Below, one piece after another: positions 46,295-55,871 of a DNA stretch of 64,000 nt. This DNA is from an uncultured Acidimicrobiales bacterium (GTDB taxonomy: Bacteria; Actinomycetota; Acidimicrobiia; Acidimicrobiales; VFJN01). Both the position numbers and the translations under genes were made by a program. The stretch is taken from the NCBI GenBank assembly GCA_963778415.1, contig CAVZUI010000002.1, positions 585,663-649,662 of the forward strand. The letters are read 5' to 3'. A model generated the notes under the pieces. The model worked only from the letters and a program-made list of their open reading frames with translations, was not told the DNA's origin and made no database searches. The first letter of the stretch is position 1. Every line of letters begins with the position of its first letter.

Positions 46295-47402
46295 GTGGGC
46301 GCTCCCCGCGGCTTCGAGCCGCCGCCGTACCCGTACGACCGGCTCGACGTGCTGCACAAGGAGGCCGAGAAGGTCCCCGGCGGGGTCGTCGACCTGTCGA
46401 TCGGCACGCCCTGCGACCCGCCGCCGGCGGTCGTCGTCGAGGCGCTCGGATCGTCGGGCGCCGAGCGCGGCTACCCGCCGTCGGTCGGCACCGCCGCGTT
46501 CCGCGAGGCGGCCGCGGGCTGGCTCGACCGCCGCTTCGGCGTCGCCGTCGACCCGCAGCACCTGGCCGCCTGCATGGGCACCAAGGAGTTCGTGGCCGGG
46601 GTCCCGCACTGGCTGCGCCTCCGCTCGCCCGACCGCGACACCGTGCTGTACCCGCGATCAGCTACCCGACCTACGCCATGGGGGCGACCCTCGCCGGGTG
46701 CCGGGCGGTGCCCTACGCCGACGCTCGCCGACGTCGACCCGGCCGACGCGGCCCGTGCGCTGTGCCTGTGGGTGAACTCACCGGCCAACCCGACCGGCGA
46801 GCTCGACGACCTCGGCGCCGCCGCGGCGTGGGGTCGGGCGCACGACGTCCCGGTCCTGTCGGACGAGTGCTACATCGAGTTCACCTGGGACGGGCCCGGC
46901 GCGCACGATCCTCGGCACGAGGGCCTCGACGGCGTGCTGGCCGTCCACTCGCTGTCGAAGCGCTCGAACCTCGCCGGCGCCCGGGCCGGCTTCTACGCCG
47001 GCGACCCCGATCTCGTCCACTACCTGTCCGAGGTGCGCAAGCACGCCGGGTTCATGGTGCCCGGGCCCGTGCAGGCCGCGGCGGTGGCCGCCTTCGGCGA
47101 CGACGCCCACGTCGACGAGCAGCGGGCCCGCTACCAGGGCCGCCTCGACGCTGATGGTCGACGCGCCTCGCGACCGCCGGGGTCGACTGCCCGTCGCCCG
47201 ACGGGGCGTTCTACGTGTGGGCGCCGGCACCGGACGGCGACGCCTGGGCGCTGGCCCACCGGCTCGCCGCCGAGGGCGGGGCCATCGTGGCGCCCGGGCG
47301 AGCTTCTACGGCGAGGCGGGCGCCGGTCACGTGCGCATCGCCGTGGTGCAGCCCGACGAGAAGATCGCCCTCGTCGCGCGGCGACTCGCCGCGGCGCGGT
47401 GA
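46295..47402 (+). pseudogene. dapC: Succinyldiaminopimelate aminotransferase, at least 5 frameshifts
   Basis: PYPYDRLD..DLSIGTPCDPPP..GYPPSVGT, then SYPTYAMGATLAG in another frame. NSPANPTG..SDECYIEF..HSLSKRSNLAGARAGFYAGD (PLP lysine block). FYVWAPAPDGDAW and FYGEAGAGHVRIAVVQP lie in further frames. Confidence 0.8.
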
Positions 47403-47415
47403 CGAGCTGACCCAG

Positions 47416-48243
47416 ATGCATCCCTCGCCCACCGGCTCGGCCGCACCGCCGGGCTGGCCCACGTCGACCGCCGGTGTCCCGCCCGCACGCCCGTCGGCGG
47501 GGCCGTCATGGTGGTGGTTCGTCGTCGCCGGCCTCGTGGCTGTCCTCGGCGTGGCCGTGGGGGTGGCCGTGATCGTGGCCGGCGTCGTCGGCCTCGCCGA
47601 CAAGGTCGAGGACTTCGATCGTGCCTTCATGCCCACGACCCTCGAGGTCGAGATCACCGATCCCGGCGGCTACTCGATCTACCACGAGTACGACGGGCTC
47701 TCGTCGGTCGAGCTCCGCGACGACCCGAACGTCGCGGTCACCGACCCGTCCGGGAGCGACGTGCCCCTCCGCCCGTACGGCTCGTCGGTGAGCTACGGCG
47801 TGAGCGGCCACGACGGGGTGGGCGTGTACACGTTCCGTGCCGACGAGCCCGGCACCTACGAGGTTCAGGCGTCGATGCCGTTCTCGGACTCGAGTCGCGA
47901 CGTGATCGCCGTCGGACCCGGGCTCGGCACGGGCCTGGCGGTCGCCATCGTCGCCGGCATCGCCCTCATCGGCGTGGGAGTCGTCGGGGGCATCGTCATC
48001 GCCATCGTCGTCGGGGTGATGCGGGGTCGCCGCCGTCGCGCCGCGATGCCTCCGCCCGTCATCGGGTGGGGTCCGCCGGCCGGCCAGTGGGGTCCGCCCG
48101 CCTGGCCGGCGGGGCCCGCCGCACCCGGGTGGGGGCCGGGACCAGCCGCCCCCTCGGCCCCGGGTGCCTGGTCGAACCCGCCGCCACCGCCGCCCCCGCC
48201 GCCTCCGGCGCCGCCTCAGGACGCACCCGGGCGCGACGCCTGA
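47416..48243 (+). CDS. Membrane protein with two TM helices and a Pro-rich tail
   Basis: Intact 275 aa. First TM is WWWFVVAGLVAVLGVAVGVAVIVAGVV, followed by a ~130-aa extracytoplasmic domain. Second TM is LAVAIVAGIALIGVGVVGGIVIAIVVGV. The tail includes PPPPPPPPPP. Confidence 0.6.
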   Translation: MHPSPTGSAAPPGWPTSTAGVPPARPSAGPSWWWFVVAGLVAVLGVAVGVAVIVAGVVGLADKVEDFDRAFMPTTLEVEITDPGGYSIYHEYDGLSSVELRDDPNVAVTDPSGSDVPLRPYGSSVSYGVSGHDGVGVYTFRADEPGTYEVQASMPFSDSSRDVIAVGPGLGTGLAVAIVAGIALIGVGVVGGIVIAIVVGVMRGRRRRAAMPPPVIGWGPPAGQWGPPAWPAGPAAPGWGPGPAAPSAPGAWSNPPPPPPPPPPAPPQDAPGRDA

Positions 48244-48249
48244 AGAGGG

Positions 48250-49290
48250 TCAGGCGTTGCTGTGCAGATCGGCGTTGAGCTCGACCTGGCCGCCCGCACG
48301 GTTGAGGACCTCCACGGCGCCGCTCGTGCTGTTGCGCCGGAACAGCAGCCCGTCGGCGCCGCTGAGCTCGGCCGCCTTCATCACGGCGCCGTCGGGCAGG
48401 GTCACGCGGGTCCCGGCCGTGACGTAGAGGCCCGCCTCGACCACGCAGTCGTCCCCGAGCGAGATGCCGATGCCGGCGTTGGCGCCGATGAGGCACCGCT
48501 TGCCGACGTGGATCACCTCCTTGCCGCCGCCCGACAGCGTTCCCATGATCGAGGCGCCGCCCCCGACGTCCGACCCGTCGTCGACGATCACGCCCGCGCT
48601 GATGCGGCCCTCGACCATCGCCGTGCCGAGGGTGCCGGCGTTGAAGTTCACGTAGCCCTCGTGCATCACGGTCGTGCCCTCGGCCAGGTGCGCCCCCAGC
48701 CGGACGCGATCGGCGTCCGCGATGCGCACGCCGGTCGGCACGACGTAGTCGGTCATGCGGGGGAACTTGTCGATGCCGAACACCTGCACCGGGGCGCCCG
48801 CGGCCCGCAGCGCCAGCCGGGTGCGCTCGAACCCGTCGGGGGAGCACGGCCCCGCGCTGGTCCACACCACGTTGTTGAGCACGCCGAACAGGCCGTCGAG
48901 GTTGATGGCCCGCGGGCGGACGAGCCGGTGCGACAGCAGGTGGAGGCGCAGGTAGGCGTCGTGTGCGTCCACCGGCGGGTCGGCGAGCGAGGCGATGCCG
49001 GTCACCACCGCCACACGGTCGACGCCCCGCGCCGCGTCGGGACCGCAGAGGCGGTCGACGTCCACACCGAGCTGGGCCGATGCCGCCGCGGGATCGAGGC
49101 GGGCGGTGCCGGGGGCCCCGCCGTCGCCGAGTGCGGCCCCGACCGCGTCGGTGACCGCCCGGTCGACGTCGCCGGCGCCACCGCCCACGAGGGCGGGGGA
49201 GGGGTACCAGGTGTCGAGGACCTGGCCATCGCCGGTCACGGTGGCCAGGCCGACGCCCCAGGCGCCGGCGTTCGTCGAGGAGTCAGTCAC
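48250..49290 (-). CDS. dapD: 2,3,4,5-tetrahydropyridine-2,6-dicarboxylate N-succinyltransferase
   Basis: Intact 346 aa from a GTG start. Left-handed beta-helix hexapeptide region [58 protein letters not shown]. Confidence 0.85.
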   Translation of the reverse strand: MTDSSTNAGAWGVGLATVTGDGQVLDTWYPSPALVGGGAGDVDRAVTDAVGAALGDGGAPGTARLDPAAASAQLGVDVDRLCGPDAARGVDRVAVVTGIASLADPPVDAHDAYLRLHLLSHRLVRPRAINLDGLFGVLNNVVWTSAGPCSPDGFERTRLALRAAGAPVQVFGIDKFPRMTDYVVPTGVRIADADRVRLGAHLAEGTTVMHEGYVNFNAGTLGTAMVEGRISAGVIVDDGSDVGGGASIMGTLSGGGKEVIHVGKRCLIGANAGIGISLGDDCVVEAGLYVTAGTRVTLPDGAVMKAAELSGADGLLFRRNSTSGAVEVLNRAGGQVELNADLHSNA

Positions 49291-49391
49291 GGCCGCACAC
49301 GGTATTCGTGCGTCGTCCCCACCGGCGACACAGATGTCGCACCCGTCGACCCCGCATGCCCGCGCCAGGCTCGGCACTAGCCTCGACCGCC

Positions 49392-50456
49392 GTGACCGAC
49401 CTGATCGAGGCGACCGCCGCCCTCGTCGCCGTCCCCTCCGAGAGCCACCACGAGGGTGCGCTGGCCGACCTCGTCGAGCAGCGGCTCCGAGCCGCACCCC
49501 ACCTGCGCGTCGATCGGGTCGGTGACAACGTCGTGGCCCGCACCGACCTCGGGCGCGAGCAGCGACTCGTCGTCGCCGGACACCTCGACACGGTGCCCGC
49601 CGACGGCAACGGCAGCCCCCGCGTCGACGGTGACGTCCTGTGGGGCCTGGGGTCCGCCGACATGAAGGGCGGCCTCGCCGTCATGCTCGAGCTCGCCACC
49701 ACGGTCGCCGAGCCCGCGGTCGACGTCACGTGGGTGTTCTACGCGGGCGAAGAGGTCGCCGCGGTGCACAACGGCCTCCGCACCCTGTTGGCCGAGCGGC
49801 CCGACCTCGTCGACGGCGACGCAGCCCTGCTGGGCGAGCCCACCGACGGCGTGCTCGAGGTCGGGTGCCAGGGCTCGATGCGCCTGGCGGTGACGCTGCG
49901 CGGGGCGCGGGCCCACACCGCCCGCCCCTGGATGGGCCGCAACGCCCTGCACCGGGCCGGCCACCTGCTGGCGGCGCTCGACGCCTACGAGGGCCGCCGT
50001 CCGGTGCTCGACGGCTGCGAGTACCGCGAGGCCCTCCAGGCGGTGTTCGTCGAGGGCGGAGTGGCGGGCAACGTCGTGCCCGATCTCGCCGTCGTGACGC
50101 TGAACCATCGGTTCGCTCCCGATCGCACGGCGGCCGAGGCCCGAGCCCACGTCGAGCAGGTGATCGCACCGCACCTCGAGCCTGGCGACGACGTCGAGGT
50201 GGTCGACGTGGCCGACGCCGCCCCGCCGGGATTGCAGCACCCCCTGCTGGCCACGCTGCGGGCGCGCAACGACCTCGATGTGCGCGCCAAGTTGGGTTGG
50301 ACCGACGTCAGCCGGTTCGCCGCGGCCGGCATCCCGGCTGCGAACTTCGGCCCCGGCGACTCGGCGTTGGCGCACACACGCGACGAGCGTGTCGAGCGCT
50401 CGTCGCTCGAGGTCGTCCGCGATGCGCTGGGCGACCTACTGCGCCACGGCGCCTGA
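49392..50456 (+). CDS. dapE: Succinyl-diaminopimelate desuccinylase (M20 peptidase)
   Basis: Intact 354 aa. [36 protein letters not shown]. Confidence 0.85.
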   Translation: MTDLIEATAALVAVPSESHHEGALADLVEQRLRAAPHLRVDRVGDNVVARTDLGREQRLVVAGHLDTVPADGNGSPRVDGDVLWGLGSADMKGGLAVMLELATTVAEPAVDVTWVFYAGEEVAAVHNGLRTLLAERPDLVDGDAALLGEPTDGVLEVGCQGSMRLAVTLRGARAHTARPWMGRNALHRAGHLLAALDAYEGRRPVLDGCEYREALQAVFVEGGVAGNVVPDLAVVTLNHRFAPDRTAAEARAHVEQVIAPHLEPGDDVEVVDVADAAPPGLQHPLLATLRARNDLDVRAKLGWTDVSRFAAAGIPAANFGPGDSALAHTRDERVERSSLEVVRDALGDLLRHGA

Positions 50457-50486
50457 CGTGCACGTGTGGGACCGACGCCGTGGACC

Positions 50487-50523
50487 AGCGGCGCCGGCCC
50501 CCACGAGACCTGGCCGCGCCGCT
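50487..50523. terminator. Bidirectional hairpin between convergent dapE and lexA
   Basis: AGCGGCGCCGGCC-12 nt-GGCCGCGCCGCT, a 12-13 bp stem with one bulge. Confidence 0.45.
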
Positions 50524-51155
50524 CAGAGGCGACGCATCACGGTGACCACCCGGCCGAACACCTGGACCTCGGCGGGCGAATAGACCATCGGACCGAGGCG
50601 GGGGTTCGCCGGCTGCAGGACGACCCGGTCGCCGTCGGTGGTGAAGGTCTTGACCGTGGCTTCGTCGCCCGGGATGCCTGCGACCACGATGTCGCCCTCG
50701 TCGGCCGTCGACTGCGAGCGGCAGACGACGTAGTCGCCGTCGAGGATGCCGGCCTCGATCATCGAGTCGCCGCGCACCCTGAGCATGAAGAGGTCTCCCT
50801 CGCCGGTGAAGTCGGCCGGGAGCGGCAGCACCTCTTCGACGTTCTCCTGGGCGAGGACGTCGGTGCCGGCGGCCACGTCGCCCACGAGGGGGACGTGGCG
50901 GACCGGGCGCCGGTCGATGACCGCGTCGGACGTCGGGTCCCACCGGACCTCGAGGGCGCGCGGCTTGGTGGGGTCGCGGCGGAGGTAGCCGCGCTTCTGC
51001 AGCGCGGCCAGGTGGGCGTGGACGGTGGAGGGCGAGGTGAGGCCGACGGCCTCGCCGATCTCGCGCACCGAGGGCGGGTACCCCCGCTCGCGCATGTGCT
51101 GCTCGATGATCTCGAGGACCTCACGTTGGCGGGCGGTGAGTGTCTGCTGGGCCAT
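50523..51155 (-). CDS. lexA: SOS repressor LexA
   Basis: MAQQTLTARQREVLEIIEQHMRERGYPPSVREIGEAVGL.. wHTH domain, then the S24 peptidase with GDSMIEAGI and GDIVVA. The ATG at 51155 is preferred over the longer ORF. Confidence 0.93.
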   Translation of the reverse strand: MAQQTLTARQREVLEIIEQHMRERGYPPSVREIGEAVGLTSPSTVHAHLAALQKRGYLRRDPTKPRALEVRWDPTSDAVIDRRPVRHVPLVGDVAAGTDVLAQENVEEVLPLPADFTGEGDLFMLRVRGDSMIEAGILDGDYVVCRSQSTADEGDIVVAGIPGDEATVKTFTTDGDRVVLQPANPRLGPMVYSPAEVQVFGRVVTVMRRL

Positions 51156-51180
51156 GGTGCGCTCCTTCACGCAGAACGGC

Positions 51181-51192
51181 GAACGCACGTTC
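51181..51192. promoter_or_regulatory. LexA box GAACGCACGTTC (lexA proximal)
   Basis: GAAC-N4-GTTC, 26 nt upstream of the lexA ATG. Confidence 0.75.
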
Positions 51193-51257
51193 TGGTGGGA
51201 ACGTACCACCGGCCCCTCGCGAAGACAAACACCCGTTCGGGGGAAACGGTTGACGGC

Positions 51258-51269
51258 GAACGCAGGTTC
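51258..51269. promoter_or_regulatory. LexA box GAACGCAGGTTC
   Basis: GAAC-N4-GTTC in the lexA/LysM divergent region. Confidence 0.7.
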
Positions 51270-51286
51270 GTGGTTTGGTGGCACTC

Positions 51287-51298
51287 GAACGGGCGTTC
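51287..51298. promoter_or_regulatory. LexA box GAACGGGCGTTC
   Basis: GAAC-N4-GTTC, immediately upstream of the RecA-NDp-like element of the LysM gene. Confidence 0.7.
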
Positions 51299-51305
51299 GT
51301 CCCGC

Positions 51306-51331
51306 AAAGTGTCACACCCCCTCAGGAGACT
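51306..51331 (+). promoter_or_regulatory. RecA-NDp-like promoter of the LysM gene
   Basis: AAAGTGTCACACCCCCTCAGGAGACT: TGTCACAC (51310-51317), 8 nt, then GAGACT. The ATG is 6 nt further on, which implies a leaderless mRNA. Confidence 0.55.
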
Positions 51332-51337
51332 GGGCCC

Positions 51338-51754
51338 ATGGTCGCCATCCAGATCCCCCGCCCGGCAGTCGAATGGGCTCCGGTCCCCGAGACCTCGCCC
51401 GACGTCGCACCGGGGGCGGTCCCGTCCCGCCGTCCCGCCCCCCGTCTGCCCGACCGGGCCACCCGCATCCGTCGGCGGCGGCTCGTCGCCCTCCTGGCCG
51501 TCGTGGTGCTCGCGTTCGCCCTCGTCGCCGCCGTCCGGGCGGTGTCGGGCCTGGCGGCGGTCGACAGCTCGCCCCGGCCCGAGCCGATCTCGGGCACCGA
51601 GTACGTCGTCCAGCCGGGCGACACGCTGTGGACGATCGCGGGGCGCATCGCCCCCGACGACGATCCGCGGGCGGTCGTCGATGCGCTCCGCGCCGCCAAC
51701 GGTGGCCGCGCCGAGCTCGAGGTGGGCACGCGGCTCGACCTCGCGGTCGGCTGA
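51338..51754 (+). CDS. LysM domain membrane protein (Rv2719c-like, divergent from lexA)
   Basis: A TM anchor (LVALLAVVVLAFALVAAV) followed by the LysM motif YVVQPGDTLWTIAGRI. Its position opposite lexA matches mycobacterial synteny. Confidence 0.8.
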   Translation: MVAIQIPRPAVEWAPVPETSPDVAPGAVPSRRPAPRLPDRATRIRRRRLVALLAVVVLAFALVAAVRAVSGLAAVDSSPRPEPISGTEYVVQPGDTLWTIAGRIAPDDDPRAVVDALRAANGGRAELEVGTRLDLAVG

Positions 51755-52393
51755 TCAGCGCTCGGGCGCCAGCTTCTCGAACTCGTACGACAGCGCCTCG
51801 CGCGCGGTGCGGAGCTGGGTCTCGACCGACTCGAGGGAGGCGAGGAACGTGCGGGACCAGGCGAGGCGACGTTCGAGGTCCTCCAGCTCGGGCGAGTGGT
51901 TCTCGCCCTCGCGGGCTCGTAGCTCGACGACCGCCTGCTCCGCCGCCGCGTCGGCCTGCGAGGTCGCATCGTCCAACACTCGCTGCGCGTGGTCGTGCGC
52001 CTCTGCCGCCAGGCGGCGGCAGTACTCCTGCGTCTGGGCGACGTAGGCGTCGGCCTCCTGTTGCGCCCGCGACAGGATGTTCACGGCGTCGACGGTGGCC
52101 GACGAGGTGTCGGGCGACCGACCGTTCACGTCCTCGGTGCGCGACTCGCTCTGCTCCCGCTGCCATTGCACCAGCGTGTTCTTGTAGTGCGTGACCTTGG
52201 CCCGCAGCGAGGTCTCGGCCGCGTCGCGGGTGGCGATCTCGTCGGCGACGCGCTGGAGGAACGACGCCACCTCGTCGTCGGCCAGGCCGCGACGCCCGAT
52301 CGGCGTGCGCGAGAACTGCATGGACCGCACTCGGTCGGGGGTGAGGCGCTGGACCGTCCGCCTGGCGTACTGCTCGTCGGCGGTATCGGTCAT
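51755..52393 (-). CDS. DivIVA domain protein
   Basis: DivIVA N-terminal signature LTPDRVRSMQFSRTPIGRRGLADDEVASFLQRVADEI followed by coiled-coil-like sequence. ATGA overlap with the upstream globin/FNR gene. Confidence 0.75.
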   Translation of the reverse strand: MTDTADEQYARRTVQRLTPDRVRSMQFSRTPIGRRGLADDEVASFLQRVADEIATRDAAETSLRAKVTHYKNTLVQWQREQSESRTEDVNGRSPDTSSATVDAVNILSRAQQEADAYVAQTQEYCRRLAAEAHDHAQRVLDDATSQADAAAEQAVVELRAREGENHSPELEDLERRLAWSRTFLASLESVETQLRTAREALSYEFEKLAPER

Positions 52394-53521
52394 GGCGTCG
52401 TCTCCTGGCTCCCGAACTCCTCGACATGCACGAGCGTGGCTGTGGCGCCCGCCTGCATCACCGTTGCGCGGCTGCCGCGCACCATCTCGGGTGAGCCGCA
52501 GATGTAGATCTCCTGTTCCGGCCAAGCTCCGGTGCGCAGCGCCACGTCGACCACCGTGCCCGACTCGACCGTGCCGGTGCGACTCGGCTCCTCCGACACG
52601 CACGGCACGAGGCGCAGCCAGTCGAGCCTGTCGGCCAGCGCGGCCATGGCCGGACAGGTCGTAGAGCTCGCGGTGGTAGCGGGCGCCCCAGAACAGGTGC
52701 ACGCGGCGGAACCCGCCGTCGGACTCGATCTGGGCGATCAGCGCCTTCATGGGGGCCAGCCCGGTGCCGCCCGCCAGCATCACGACGTCACGCCCCGGGC
52801 CGAGCGGCATCGTGAGGCGGGTGCCGACGGCGGCGCCCCCGCGCAGGACGTCACCCGTGTGGGTGCTCTGCACGATGGCCGTGCTGACCGGACCGCCGCC
52901 CACGAGGCGCACGTGCAGCTCGAACGAGCCGTCGGGCCCCGGGAGGGATGCAGGCGTGTAGTACCGCCACAGGCGAGGGCGTTGCGGGACCTCCACGGCG
53001 ATCGACTGGCCGGCGAGGTAGGGGAGCGGGGCGTGCGGCGCCACCCGCAGCACGGCGACGTCGACGCTGCGCCGCTCGATGTCCACCACCGTGAGGTCCC
53101 ACCACGGGGGCTGGTCGACGACGGCGTCGGCGGCACCGATCATCACCTCGGCGACGATGCCGTAGGCGGTCGCCCAGTCCTGCGCCACGTCGGTCGTCCA
53201 ATCGGAGCCGCTGAAGTGCTCGAGCGTGGCCAGCAGCGCCTGGCCGACCGCGGGGTAGTGGTCGCGGACGACGGCGAACTTCCGGTGGTCGCGCCCGAGC
53301 TGCTGCAGCACGGGCACCACCGAATCGAGGTCGTCGACGCCGCTGACCACCTGACCGAGGGCGGTCACGAGCTTGTCGCGCTGGTTCGCCATGCTGACGG
53401 GGAACATCTCGCGCGTGTGGGGGTGGTGGAGGAACAGGTACGAGTAGAAGAACAGCGGGACCTGGTCGCCGTGCGCGGCGACCAGGCCCCAGCTCTTCTT
53501 CAGGCGTATCGGGTCGACCAC
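52390..53521 (-). pseudogene. Globin-FNR fusion (flavohemoprotein-like oxidoreductase), one frameshift (~52648-52655)
   Basis: N-terminal globin domain (KKSWGLVAAHGDQVPLFFYSYLFLHHPHTREMF). FAD motif RYYTPAS and NAD(P) motif VMLAGGTGLAPM. The C-terminus (IYICGSPEMV) is in ORF 52390..52647. Confidence 0.75.
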
Positions 53522-53523
53522 GC

Positions 53524-53925
53524 CTACGCGGTGGCGGGGATCTCGACGATGTCGGCCTTGACCCCCGCCACGACGCCCCCGGCCGCGGCCAACACCTCGT
53601 CGTCGGCCCCGAGGTCGGTGAGCACGGCGACGAGGTAGCCGACCACCTTGTCGTAGTGGTCGCTGGTGATGCCGAGGCCGCGGTGGGCCTCGCCGAGGTC
53701 GCGCCCGTCGTACTCGGCCGGGCCGCCGAGCACCTGCGACAGGAGCAGGACCTGGTGGCGCTTCACCTGGGACACGTCGGCGTCGGCGAAGTACGGCGCC
53801 AGCTCGTCGTCGTCGAGGACACGGGCGTAGAACTGCTCGACGACCTCGCGGATCGCCGGCGTCCCGCCGACCCGGTCGTAGTGGCTCTCAGGGGTCGCGG
53901 ACGCGTCGGTCGTCTCGGCAGCCAT
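53524..53925 (-). CDS. glbN: Group I truncated hemoglobin (trHbN)
   Basis: GGGAGG RBS. YDRVGGTPAIREVVEQFYARVLDDDELAPYF..QVLGGPAEYDGRDLGEAHRGLGIT aligns by eye with mycobacterial GlbN. The stop is 2 nt before the next gene's start. Confidence 0.85.
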   Translation of the reverse strand: MAAETTDASATPESHYDRVGGTPAIREVVEQFYARVLDDDELAPYFADADVSQVKRHQVLLLSQVLGGPAEYDGRDLGEAHRGLGITSDHYDKVVGYLVAVLTDLGADDEVLAAAGGVVAGVKADIVEIPATA

Positions 53926-54064
53926 GGGGTGGACCTCCCAGCACTCAGTCCGTGAGCGTCGCGGCAACGCTCGGACAGGACGCTACCGCAGTCCCCGGGG
54001 TGCCGGACCAAACGCTGTGCGTGGGTAGGAAGGTGAGGCCCTACCTGGCGTATAGCTTTCAGAC

Positions 54065-54535
54065 GTGCGCTGCGCCGCCTGTGGGCATCTCGACTCGAAG
54101 GTGGTCGACTCGCGCCAGTCCGACGACGGCGGGGCCATCCGCCGTCGCCGCCAGTGCCTGGCGTGCGGCACCCGGTTCACGACGTTCGAGCGGCCCGAGT
54201 CCTCGGGGCTGACGGTGCTCAAGCGTTCGGGCGAACGCGAGGCGTTCGACCGCGCCAAGGTGGTCTCGGGCATCCAGGCCGCGGTGAAGTCCCGCCCCGT
54301 CGGCTCGGGCGAAGCCGAGGCCCTGGCGCTCGCGGTCGAGGACGAGATGCGGGGGCTGCCGAGCGGCGAGGTCACGAGCGAGCGCATCGGTCGGGCCGTG
54401 CTCGAGGGCCTGCGCGAGCTCGACGTCATCGCCGCAGTGCGGTTCGCGTCGGTCTACAAGGGGTTCGACGACCTGGCCGACTTCGAGCGCGAGCTGACGC
54501 TGCTGACCAAGCGCACCGCGCCCAAGCGGCACTGA
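54065..54535 (+). CDS. nrdR: Transcriptional repressor NrdR
   Basis: Zinc ribbon MRCAACGHLDSKVVDSR..RRRRQCLACGTRFTTFE followed by an ATP-cone. Confidence 0.93.
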   Translation: MRCAACGHLDSKVVDSRQSDDGGAIRRRRQCLACGTRFTTFERPESSGLTVLKRSGEREAFDRAKVVSGIQAAVKSRPVGSGEAEALALAVEDEMRGLPSGEVTSERIGRAVLEGLRELDVIAAVRFASVYKGFDDLADFERELTLLTKRTAPKRH

Positions 54536-54545
54536 TCGCGCCGGT

Positions 54546-55322
54546 TCAGCGGGCGCGCACGTACCGCAGGAAGAGGTTGCCGTCGGCGAGGACCACGCGG
54601 GCGAGCGCGTGATGGCGGCCGACCACGGGCGCCGGGCCACGGGCGATGCGCGCTCCGGTGCCCGCCACCATGGTGGGCGAGATCGTGAGGCACAGCTCGT
54701 CGAGCAGGTCGTCGGTCACGAGCTGGCCGAGCGTGAGGGGCCCGCCCTCGCACACCACGACGTGGGCGCCCAGCTCGTCGTGGAGCAGCGCGAAGGCGCG
54801 TGCCCAGTCGACCTGCTCGTCGCCGACGACGTGGACGTCGGCCACCTCCTCGAGGGCGCGGCGCCGGGCGGGGTCGGCGGACGCCACGGTGAGGACGAGG
54901 GGGCGGGCGTCGGGTGGCGCCTCGGCGAAGAACCGGCGAGTCGGCTCGATGGCGAGCGAGGCCGAGGTCACCGCGATGCGCGGCGTCGGCGACTGACCCC
55001 GGGCGACCCGCTGCTCGCGGACGCGGGCCGCCGGGCGGCTGGGGCCGTAGTCCTCGGTGGTGACCGTGGCGGCTCCGGCCACGATGACGTCGGCCACCCC
55101 GCGGATGGCGGCGAACATGGCCTTGTCGTCGGGGCCCGCGAGGCCGCCCGAGCGGCCCTCCGTGTCGGTGGCGCTGCCGTCGATCGATCCGATCATGTTG
55201 GCGAGGACCCAGGGGCGGCCCGAGGGTGCGGGGCGATCGTCGCCGGCGACCATCGCCACCGGATCGAGGGGGTCGTCGTCTCCGCGGTCGTCCGTCGGAG
55301 GGGCCGGCCACAGGATCCGCAT
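54546..55322 (-). CDS. RibD C-terminal domain / pyrimidine reductase family protein
   Basis: WVLANMIGSIDGSAT..GPDDKAMFAAIRGVADVIVAGAATV..VVCEGGPLTLGQL..DELCLTISP. Confidence 0.75.
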   Translation of the reverse strand: MRILWPAPPTDDRGDDDPLDPVAMVAGDDRPAPSGRPWVLANMIGSIDGSATDTEGRSGGLAGPDDKAMFAAIRGVADVIVAGAATVTTEDYGPSRPAARVREQRVARGQSPTPRIAVTSASLAIEPTRRFFAEAPPDARPLVLTVASADPARRRALEEVADVHVVGDEQVDWARAFALLHDELGAHVVVCEGGPLTLGQLVTDDLLDELCLTISPTMVAGTGARIARGPAPVVGRHHALARVVLADGNLFLRYVRAR

Positions 55323-55795
55323 GCAGCGTGCACGGTAGCGAGGCCGGCCGGACCGGTGGACAAGATGGCCGGCTGGGGAAATCGCGGTGACCTTTCCACC
55401 CGCAATTCACAGGTTCATCCTCTAGTCGTCCACAGCCCATTGCCCGTAGGTTGCCCTTCGTGCAACTGTGCTCCGGCGCGGACGAGCGGAATGGCGGTTG
55501 TCGCTTCCGTGTCTGTGGTGGGCTGAGCGACTCCTGAGGGCGAGCCGTCCACCGGGTGGTGGGGGGTTGCGGTCTTCAACCTGCGAGTCCGCGCCGGGCC
55601 GGTCGCACGAGAGCTGGGTCGGGTCGACGGGGGGCATCCTCTTCGGGGGTGTCTGCGCCGTGCCCCACCGCCGCGTCTCGTGCGCTCGACGCCGTCCGCG
55701 CCGGGGACAGGGGCACAGATCCGGGAAGTTTCAGGGTCCTCGCAGCGTTGAACAAGTGCTGTCCGGAACGGGTGCGTCACGATGTCGGGAAGCCC

Positions 55796-55824
55796 TTGAC
55801 GGTGTAGTTACACGGCTGTAGTTT
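55796..55824 (+). promoter_or_regulatory. Sigma-70-like promoter of nrdJ (TTGACG-17 nt-TAGTTT)
   Basis: Read directly. The -35 is at 55796-55801 and the -10 at 55819-55824, about 105 nt before the nrdJ ATG. Confidence 0.45.
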
Positions 55825-55828
55825 CCAC

Positions 55829-55841
55829 CCACATCTTGTGG
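55829..55841. promoter_or_regulatory. NrdR box candidate 1 (CCACATCTTGTGG)
   Basis: Palindrome with an ACA..TGT core, resembling the NrdR-box consensus. It starts 5 nt after the -10. Confidence 0.55.
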
Positions 55842-55854
55842 CTCCCCGGTCAGT

Positions 55855-55871
55855 TACCACAAGCCCTGGTA
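55855..55871. promoter_or_regulatory. NrdR box candidate 2 (TACCACAAGCCCTGGTA)
   Basis: Second palindrome about 28 nt centre-to-centre from box 1. NrdR boxes usually occur in pairs about three helical turns apart. Confidence 0.45.

Noticed and set aside
55616-55649. G-quadruplex-type motif GGG-N2-GGG-N5-GGGGGG-N10-GGGGG
   Set aside because: Such G-tract clusters are frequent by chance in genomes with this GC content, and there is no supporting context.
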